Assembly (NCBI GenBank): GCA_032718475.1
Contig: JAUCBJ010009001.1
Span: 1-52,053, forward strand
Source of the DNA: Nemertoderma westbladi
Taxonomy: Eukaryota > Animalia > Xenacoelomorpha
Length of the DNA stretch: 52,053 nucleotides
Direction: 5' to 3'
Shown: piece after piece, positions 15,925 through 25,502 of the stretch
Position numbering within the stretch: position 1 is the stretch's first letter
Layout of the letters: each line of letters opens with the position of its first letter
Notes under the pieces: model-generated
Databases searched by the model: none
What the model was told of the DNA's origin: nothing
Seen by the model: the letters and a program-made list of their open reading frames with translations, nothing else
Made by a program: the position numbers and the translations under genes

Positions 15925-16815
15925 TTGGGTGGAGGGTGGGCTTACTATAGAGTAGTCTGGTTGGGTGGAGCGTGGGCTCACTGTAGAGTAGTCTGGTTGG
16001 GTGGAGGGTGGGCTCACTATAGAGTAGTCTGGTTGGGTGGAGGGTGGGCTCACTGTAGAGTAGTCTGGTTGGGTGGAGGGTGGGCTCACTATAGAGTAGT
16101 CTGGTTGGGTGGAGGGTGGGCTCACTATAGAGTAGTCTGGTTGGGTGGAGGGTGGGCTCACTGTAGAGTAGTCTGGTTGGGTGGAGGGTGGGCTCACTGT
16201 AGAGTAGTCTGGTTGGGTGGGCTCACTGTAGAGTAGTCTGGTTGGGTGGAGGGTGGGCTCACTATAGAGTAGTCTGGTTGGGTGGAGGGTGGGCTCACTA
16301 TAGAGTAGTCTGGTTGGGTGGAGGGTGGGCTCACTGTAGAGTAGTCTGGTTGGGTGGAGGGTGGGCTCACTATAGAGTAGTCTGGTTGGGTGGAGGGTGG
16401 GCTCACTATAGAGTAGTCTGATTGGGTGGAGGGTGGGCTCACTGTAGAGTAGTCTGGTTGGGTGGAGGGTGGGCTCACTGTAGAGTAGTCTGGTTGGGTG
16501 GAGGGTGGGCTCACTGTAGAGTAGTCTGGTTGGGTGGAGGGTGGGCTCACTATAGAGTAGTCTGGTTGGGTGGAGGGTGGGCTTACTATAGAGTAGTCTG
16601 GTTGGGTGGAGGGTGGGCTCACTATAGAGTAGTCTGGTTGGGTGGAGGGTGGGCTTACTATAGAGTAGTCTGGTTGGGTGGAGGGTGGGCTCACTGTAGA
16701 GTAGTCTGGTTGGGTGGAGGGTGGGCTCACTATAGAGTAGTCTGGTTGGGTGGAGGGTGGGCTCACTGTAGAGTAGTCTGGTTGGGTGGAGGGTGGGCTC
16801 ACTACAGAGTAGTCT
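15925..16815. repeat. Continuation of the 36-bp minisatellite after the LINE
   Basis: Same unit resumes after the LINE tail; one 29-bp unit near 16200. Confidence 0.98.
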
Positions 16816-19800
16816 GGTTGGGTGGGCTCACTAGAGCAATCTGGTTGGGTGTACTCATTAGAGCAATCTGATCGGGTGGGCTCACTAGAGTAGTCTGGTT
16901 GGGTGGGCTCATTCACTAGATTAGTCTGGTTGGGTGGGCTCATTAGAGTAGTCTGGTTCGGACACCTTGGGTTGGGTGGACTCACTAGAGTAGTCTGGTT
17001 TGGTGAGCTCACAGAGTAGTCTGGTTGGGTGGGCTCACTAGAGTAGTCTGGTTGGGTGGGTCCACTAGAGTAGTCTGGTTGGGTGGGCTCACTAGAGTAG
17101 TCTGGTTGGGTGGGCTCACTAGAGTAGTCTGGTTGGGTGGGCTCACTAGAGCAATCTGGTTGGGTGGGCTCACTACAGTAGTCTGGTTGGGTGGGCTCAC
17201 TTGAGTAGTCTGGTTGGTTGGGTGTGTTCACTACAGTAGTCTGGTTGGGTGGGCTCACTAGAGTAGTCTGGTTGGGTGGGCTCACTATAGAGTAGTCGGT
17301 TGGGTGGGCTCACTAGAGTAGTCTGTTGGGTGGGCTCACTAGAGTAGTCTGGTTGTGTGGGCTCACTAGAGTAGTCTGGTTGGGTGGGCTCACTAGAGTA
17401 GTCTGGTTGGGTGGGCTCACTAGAGTAGTCTGGTTGGGTGGGCTCACTAGAGTAGTCGGCTGGGTGGGCTCACTAGAGTAGTCTGGTTGTGTGGACTCAC
17501 TAGAGTAGTCAGGTTGTGTGGGCTCACTAGAGTAGTCTAGTTGGGTGGGCTCACTAGAGTAGTCTGGTTGGGTGGGCTCACTAGAGTAGTCTGGTTGGGT
17601 GGGCTTACTAGATTAGTCTGGTTGGGTGGGCTCACTAGAGTAGTCTGGTTGGGTGGGCTCACAGAGTAGTCTGGTTGGGTGGGCTCACTACAGAGTAGTC
17701 TGGTTGGGTGGGCTCACTAAGCAATCTGGTTGGGTGGGCTCACTAGAGTAGTCTGGTTGCTTGGGCTCACTAGAGTAGTCTGGTTAGGTGGGCTCACTAG
17801 AGTAGTCTGGTTGTGTGGGCTCACTAGAGTAGTCTGGTTGGGTGGGCTCACTAGAGTAGTCTGGTTGGGTGGGCTCACTAGAGTAGTCTGGTTGGGTGGG
17901 CTCACTATTGTAGTCTGGTTGGGTGGGCTCACTAGAGTAGTCTGGTTGGGTGGACTCACTAGAGTAGTCTGGTTTGGTGAGCTCACAGAGTAGTCTGGTT
18001 GGGTGGGCTCACTACAGAGTAGTCTGGTTGGGTGGGCTCACTAGAGTAGTCTGGTTGAGTGGGCTCACTAGAGTAGTCTGGTTGGGTGGGCTCACTAGAG
18101 TAGTCTGGTTGGGTGGGCTCATTAGAGTAGTCTGGTTGGATGGTCTCACTAGAGTAGTCTGGTTGGGTGGGTGGGCTCACTAGTGTAGTCTGGTTATGTG
18201 GGCTCACTAGAGTAGTCTGGTTAGGTGGGCTCACTAGAGTTGTCTGGTTGGGTGGGCTCACTAGAGTAGTCTGGTTGGTTGGGCTCACTAGTAGTCTGGT
18301 TGTGTGGGCTCACTAGAGTAGTCTGGTTGGTTGGGCTCACCAGAGTAGTCTGGTTGGGTGGGCTCACTAGAGTAGTCTGGTTGGGTGGGCTCACTAGAGT
18401 AGTCTGGTTGGGTGGGTCCACTAGAGTATTCTGGTTGGGTGGGCTCACTAGAGTAGTCTGGTTGGGTGGGCTCACTAGAGTAGTCTGGTTGGGTGGGTCC
18501 ACTAGAGTAGTCTGGTTGGGTGGGCTCACTAGAGTAGTCTGGTTGGGTGGGTCTACTAGAGTAGTCTGGTTGGGTGGGCTCATTAGAGTAGTCTGGTTGG
18601 GTGGGCTCACTAGAGTAGTCTGGTTGGTTGGGCTCACTAGAGTAGTCTGGTTGTGTGGGCTCACTAAGAGTAGTCTGGTTGGGTGCGCTCACTAAAGTAG
18701 TCTGGTTGGGTGGGCTCACTAGAGTAGTCTGGTTGGGTGGGCTCACTAGAGTAGTCTGGTTGGGTGGGCTCACTAGAGTAGTCTGGCTGGGTGGGCTCAC
18801 TAGAGTAGTCTGGTTGTGTGGGCTCACTAGAGTAGTCAGGTTGTGTGGGCTCACTAGAGTAGTCTGGTTGGGTGGGCTCACTAGAGTAGTCTGGTTGGGT
18901 GGGCTCACTAGAGTAGTCTGGTTGGGTGGGCTCACTAGAGTAGTCTGGTTGGGTGGGCTCACTAGAGTAGTCTGGTTGGGTGGGCTCACTAGAGTAGTCT
19001 GGTTGGGTGGGCTCACTACAGAGTAGTCTGGTTGGGTGGGCTCACTAGAGCAATCTGGTTGGGTGGGCTCACTAGAGTAGTCTGGTTGCGTGGGCTCACT
19101 AGAGTAGTCTGGTTAGGTGGGCTCACTAGAGTAGTCTGGTTGTGTGGGCTCACTAGAGTAGTCTGGTTGGGTGGGCTCACTAGAGTAGTCTGGTTGGGTG
19201 GGCTCACTAGAGTAGTCTGGTTGGGTGGGCTCACTATTGTAGTCTGGTTGGGTGGGCTCACTAGAGTAGTCTGGTTGGGTGGACTCACTAGAGTAGTCTG
19301 GTTTGGTGAGCTCACAGAGTAGTCTGGTTGGGTGGGCTCACTACAGAGTAGTCTGGTTGGGTGGGCTCACTAGAGTAGTCTGGTTGAGTGGGCTCACTAG
19401 AGTAGTCTGGTTGGGTGGGCTCACTAGAGTAGTCTGGTTGGGTGGGCTCACTAGAGTAGTCTGGTTGGTGGGCTCACTAGAGTAGTCTGGTTGGATGGGC
19501 TCACTAGAGTAGTCTGGTTGGGTGGGTGGGCTCACTAGAGTAGTCTGGTTGGGTGGGCTCACTAGAGTAGTCTGGTTAGGTGGGCTCACTAGAGTAGTCT
19601 GGTTGGGTGGGCTCACTAGAGTAGTCTGGTTGGGTGGGCTCACTAGAGTAGTCTGGTTGTGTGGGCTCACTAGAGTAGTCTGGTTGGGTGGGCTCACTAG
19701 AGTAGTCTGGTTGGGTGGGCTCACTAGAGTAGTCTGGTTGGGTGGGCTCACTAGAGTAGTCTGGTTGGGTGGGTCTCACTAGAGTAGTCTGGTTGGGTGG

Positions 19801-21655
19801 GCTCACTAGAGTAGTCTGGTTGGGTGGGCTCACTAGAGTAGTCTGGTTGGGTGGGCTCACTAGAGTAGTCTGGTTGGGTGGGCTCACTAGAGTAGTCTGG
19901 TTGGGTGGGCTCACTAGAGTAGTCTGGTTGGGTGGGCTCACTAGAGTAGTCTGGTTGGGTGGGCTCACTAGAGTAGTCTGGTTGGGTGGGCTCACTAGAG
20001 TAGTCTGGTTGGGTGGGCTCACTAGAGTAGTCTGGTTGGGTGGGCTCACTAGAGTAGTCTGGTTGGGTGGGCTCACTAGAGTAGTCTGGTTGGGTGGGCT
20101 CACTAGAGTAGTCTGGTTGGGTGGGCTCACTAGAGTAGTCTGGTTGGGTGGGCTCCACTAGAGTAGTCTGGTTGGGTGGGCTCACTAGAGTAGTCTGGTT
20201 GGGTGGGCTCACTAGAGTAGTCTGGTTGGGTGGGCTCCACTAGAGTAGTCTGGTTGGGTGGGCTCACTAGAGTAGTCTGGTTGGGTGGGCTCACTAGAGT
20301 AGTCTGGTTGGGTGGGCTCACTAGAGTAGTCTGGTTGGTTGGGCTCACTAGAGTAGTCTGGTTGGGTGGGCTCACTAGAGTAGTCTGGTTGGGTGGGCTC
20401 ACTAGAGTAGTCTGGTTGGGTGGGTCCACTAGAGTAGTCTGGTTGGGTGGGCTCACTAGAGTAGTCTGGTTGGGTGGGCTCACTAGAGTAGTCTGGTTGG
20501 GTGGGCTCACTAGAGTAGTCTGGTTGGGTGGGCTCACTAGAGTAGTCTGGTTGGGTGGGCTCACTAGAGTAGTCTTAGTCTGGTTGGGTGGGCTCACTAG
20601 AGTAGTCTGGTTGGGTGGGTCCACTAGAGTAGTCTGGTTGGGTGGGCTCACTAGAGTAGTCTGGTTGGGTGGGCTCACTAGAGTAGTCTGGTTGGGTGGG
20701 CTCACTAGAGTAGTCTGGTTGGGTGGGCTCACTAGAGTAGTCTGGTTGGTTGGGCTCACTAGAGTAGTCTGGTTGGGTGGGCTCACTAAGAGTAGTCTGG
20801 TTGGGTGGGCTCACTAGAGTAGTCTGGTTGGTTGGGCTCACTAGAGTAGTCTGGTTGGGTGGGCTCACTAGAGTAGTCTGGTTGGGTGGGCTCACTAGAG
20901 TAGTCTGGTTGGGTGGGCTCACTAGAGTAGTCTGGTTGGGTGGGTCCACTAGAGTAGTCTGGTTGGGTGGGCTCACTAGAGTAGTCTGGTTGGGTGGGTC
21001 CACTAGAGTAGTCTGGTTGGGTGGGCTCACTAGAGTAGTCTGGTTGGGTGGGCTCACTAGAGTAGTCTGGTTGGTTGGGCTCACTAGAGTAGTCTGGTTG
21101 TGTGGGCTCACTAGAGTAGTCTGGTTGTGTGGGCTCACTAGAGTAGTCTGGTTGGGTGGGTCCACTAGAGTAGTCTGGTTGGGTGGGCTCACTAGAGTAG
21201 TCTGGTTGGGTGGGTCCACTAGAGTAGTCTGGTTGGGTGGACTCACTAGAGTAGTCTGGTTGTGTGGGCTCACTAGAGTAGTCTGGTTGGGTGGGCTCAC
21301 TAGAGTAGTCTGGTTGGGTGGGTCCACTAGAGTAGTCTGGTTAGGTGGGCTCACTAGAGTAGTCTGGTTGGGTGGGTCCACTAGAGTAGTCTGGTTGGGT
21401 GGGCTCACTAGAGTAGTCTGGTTGGGTGGGCTCACTAGAGTAGTCTGGTTGGTTGGGCTCACTAGAGTAGTCTGGATGTGTGGGCTCACTAAGAGTAGTC
21501 TGGTTGGGTGCGCTCACTAAAGTAGTCTGGTTGGGTGGGCTCACTAGAGTAGTCTGGTTGGTTGGGCTCACTAGGGTAGTCTGGTTGGGTGGGTCCACTA
21601 GAGTAGTCTGGTTGGGTGGGCTCACTAGAGTAGTCTGGTTGGGTGGGCTCACTAG
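16816..21655. repeat. 27-bp minisatellite (GGCTCACTAGAGTAGTCTGGTTGGGTG)n, ~180 units, related to the 36-mer
   Basis: Directly visible period. The 36-mer equals the 27-mer plus a 2-nt and a 7-nt insertion. Confidence 0.99.
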
Positions 21656-23028
21656 CCAGTACTTGAGTTAATATATCTCAATCGTTTTAAAAGTTTACTA
21701 CTAACTACTGATTCGCAGTTTGGGTTCAAAGAGGGTGTAGGTACTGAACTTGCTGTTGCCACACTGAAAGAAATTATTCAGTTTCATCTCGATAACGACA
21801 GTCCTGTTTACATAGTATATCTTGACTCTTCTAAGGCCTTCGACCTAATTAATCATTATAAACTGTTTGCTAAATTAATTGACCGTAAGCTGCCAATTTA
21901 CTTTGTACGTATCATTAGATACTGGTACCGATTTCAATCACTAACCGTTAGGTGGGGTGGGGTGCTGTCCGCCAGTTTTTCGGTTTCAAACGGAACCAAA
22001 CAGGGGGGCATACTATCACCTGGTTTGTACTGTATCTATGTAGATGACCTAAGTATATTTTTTAATAACTCTAACGTAGGTTGTGCAATAAAAAATACGC
22101 GCGCTAACCACGTGTTTTATGCAGATGACTTAGCTCTCTGTTCTAACTCAATTTTTGGTCTGAATAAATTAATTGGAATCTATGAAAATTATGCTCTGGA
22201 GCACGATATCAAAATTAATATTAAAAAATCTAAAGCCATGATCTACACACCGAAAGGGAACACATCTTTTGTACATAATGACATTTTTGTTGCTGGATCT
22301 AAACTAGAAATTGTTTCAAAATTCAAATATCTTGGACATATACTTCATGAAACTACTGACGACGATTTTGACATCGTCAATCAGCTACACAGCCTGTATC
22401 GCAGAGGCAATCTTCTCATCAGAAAATTCTCTTTCTGTTCCATAACAGTAAAGAAAATACTTTTCCGTAGTTTTTGCACTCAATTCTACTGTACTGCTCT
22501 TTGGTCTAGACGTAATTTTAGTTTAGCAGTTTACAATAAATTACGAGTAGGGTACAATAATATAGCCAGAAAACTTTTCGGTTTCAGGTTTGACTGTAGT
22601 GTGTCTTTAATGTTTGCACAGCTTAATCTGCCGAAATTTCTTCATATTCGTTTCAATGCAATAACATCCCTTTTACATCGTGTGTCCAATACTGGGAACA
22701 TTCTTGTGAAACGTGTTTTCGAAGGTACCTACAGCACCAGCCGCATCAGGGAGAGGGACAACATCGTCATTATCTGAGCTGAGCTGTGGTGTTTTATTGT
22801 AGTACGCCTAGTTATTTGCTTTGTTGTAATTTTTAATTATCATTAATATTATTCTATATTATTTTTCCCTATCACACAGGCCTAACTAACTATTAATTTG
22901 TTTGTTTGTTTGTTTAATATTGGTAATACTTTAATTATGTACTTGTAACTTTGTGCTTATTTCTGTTTGTCATTTGTGTTTTTATGGGCGCCCCATTTGC
23001 CTGGATTAAAGATTAAATAATAATAATA
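21656..23028 (+). mobile_element. 5'-truncated LINE, RT domain plus 3' UTR, probably RTEX (RTE-X) clade, (TAA)n tail
   Basis: Frame is open from 21656 to 22777: QFGFK, YLDSSKAFD, YWY..Q..VRWG, NGTKQGGILSP, FYADDL, FKYLGH. Ends ...GCCTGGATTAAAGATTAAATAATAATAATA. Confidence 0.85.
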
Positions 23029-24568
23029 CGAAATTGTATCTGGATCAAAAATGTAAAGTCTTAAATTTTCTTCGGCCGTTAGGCCAGGCATGGGGACGCA
23101 CAAAGTTTGACGACTTATTCCCAGTGCGGTCCCCCCTAACTATATATTCCCCACAGGAAGGTCCATACTCATTTAGCTACTATTTATGGATGCCATGCAG
23201 AGGTGCGCCCTGGCTAGACCCTGCAAAGCATTCGTGCCGAAACGATAACCGATCTGGACCCCATGAGGGGGTTGAACCCATGCGGGGGACCCCGAAGATC
23301 GGCACAGGATCGAACCCAAAATACCAAACGAATCGCTGCCAATTTCGATTCATTACTTTTATCGCCTCATGTCGTCGGTGCATTTTAACAAGTCGCATGA
23401 GTGTCTGATAACTTATAATTCAACCAAAATATTACGATATATTAATAACAATATTATTTTTTATTATGTTCAATTGGGTCAAGTCTGGGATTTTCACTCA
23501 CTTTACGACATGTTGTTATATTATTTTGTAACAGTGAACCCTATTAGACACTTAGGGAGTGGCCTTAACTAACTATAAAGATTATTATTCGTTGTACTTC
23601 TAGTAATGTAAGAACTGAGCATGTCTTTAGTGAACCACACCCTGTTTATTGGTATCCATTTATACTTGGTGCCCCAGCTGCATCCACTGCTCAATTCTAA
23701 CGCCCAATAAACGAGGCAGTACAACTTGATACATTATTATAGGGATTCTCGCATGGATGACAGAATGCTGTTGTTTCTTTTGTGTAAAGGTGCCGCCGCC
23801 TTAAGGGGTGTGTAGCTAATGGGGGGGAATACTATACTGATATATTGTTTTAAAGTAGTGTGAATATTATTATCGAATTGGTGTTAGTTTTTTTGTAGTT
23901 AAAAGGTGGGCAAAATATATCTCGTGTTAATTAATAACCATTACCGGTACTCAACAACAAATAAATCCAAAATCAAGTAACGATGGAATTCACTATGCGA
24001 CCACTAAGCCACGAGAAGAATACCAGGTTTTTCACCAAGAACGCAGGTTACAGAAGGGCTGAATCTAACCAAAACAATAAACCAATTAGTATATGTACAG
24101 GTTATAACACAGAAATAAGCGCTAAAGCATTTAATAAAGTTAAATTAAAAAAATAAAAAATCTTCATATATAAAATCCAAATAAAAAGTCGACCGAAAAG
24201 TGAAAAAAAAAGAAATCTTGGTATTCTTCACATGGGCGCCACGAAGTATCTCCCACTATATATTAATATATGGAAGGAAGGGGAGGGGAGGGGTGGGGGG
24301 CTGTCGGGGTAATCCATCAAAGTATCAGTTTCAGTGGTAAAACCCTTTATTTTATTGGCTATACTACTGTAGTTGGTTGATATAGTCATATGAATGAGGT
24401 TGTAGTTCATCGAGGAATATTTTCCACCACATTAAAATTAAAACCTTATTTTTTTATATGATCTGTTTGATCTCGATAAGGTAAATTCGTGTTATTTACA
24501 CTGGGAGGGTCAGAAACTCATGTAAACGACTATTAATTCCAGTGGTTATTTATCATTATTATCTTTAG

Positions 24569-24981
24569 GGGAGACAGTAACAGTTCGAGTACCGACTCAC
24601 GACCAAGGTTCCTGTCTGTTCTGGGAGTTCGCGACAGACTCCTACGATATCGGGTTCGGTCTCTACTTCGAGTGGACCGTGGCCGCGAGCAACACGGTCA
24701 GCGTCCACGTCAGCGAGGACGACTCGTTCGACGAAGAGGAAGATGAAGATGAGGATCGCGACCGCACGGACCCCGAGGTCGGTGGTGGGAGCGCCACCCA
24801 GCGGGCCTCCCGGGTACCCACCGACGAGGTGATCCCGGTATACCGACGCGACTGCCACACAGAGGTCTACGTCGGCTCGCACATCTACCCCGGCCGCGGG
24901 GTCTACCTACTGAAGTTCGATAACTCGTACTCGTTGTTCCGGGGGAAGACTCTCTATTACCGGGTCTATTATACGCGGTGA
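24569..24981 (+). CDS. ACBD3: ACBD3 terminal exon, GOLD domain ([36 protein letters not shown]...[29 protein letters not shown])
   Basis: Near-identical to the ACBD3 C-terminus I recall (ending YYRVYYTR). The acceptor TCTTTAG at 24562-24568 completes the split Gly codon G|GG from the 9545 donor. Confidence 0.95.
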
Positions 24982-25502
24982 CCTGTGTTGGGGGGTCTGT
25001 GACGGGGCAGTAAGTGAACAGCTACACAGGGATATTGCAGTTGGTAGGGGTGGGAGACACCATAATACCGGTATGCGAAACTGACAATAATTGCTATTTA
25101 TTTATTTATTTATTACTGAGTTCGTAGTCTCTACGAATTTTCTATTATTATCCAGCCACTTCAACACGCTAAGCCGTTGTGGAAAATCGATTCTTGTTTA
25201 TAAAAATATTTTTTACCAAATACTAAAGTGATGCCAGTAAGTAAATTACTTTACTTTATTAAATTAACGTCCTTAGTAATTTCGAGTTATTTACTTTATT
25301 AGCTGTACGTAAATTCAATAGAGAAGTAATTTAAACTTTACAGCTCTTTAAAGTATAAACTGGTATATTTGTACAATGAAACGGTTTCACCACAAACACG
25401 GCCTTGGCATCAATCCATACAGATACCGGTAACACCTACCTTATGGTATAGACAATGTTTTCGATTTTAACTTTCCCATATTGGCCGTCAGCAAGACCTT
25501 CA

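Noticed and set aside
9654-16815. 36-bp repeat as a CRISPR array
   Set aside because: Head-to-tail units with no unique spacers, no cas genes, eukaryotic context.
9800-21655. Telomere-like TTAGG/TTGGG content
   Set aside because: Only isolated motifs within longer units; no tandem telomeric array.
9605-21671. Long repetitive ORFs (1050-aa SEPTLHPTRLLY, SPPSTQPDYSIV, RVVWLGGLT and others) resembling mucins or extensins
   Set aside because: Unit lengths 36 and 27 are multiples of 3, so several frames on both strands are open at once. They are broken at random by indels and lie in an ACBD3 intron.
24565-24882. Minus-strand ORFs over the ACBD3 last exon
   Set aside because: Antisense shadows of a GC-rich coding exon.
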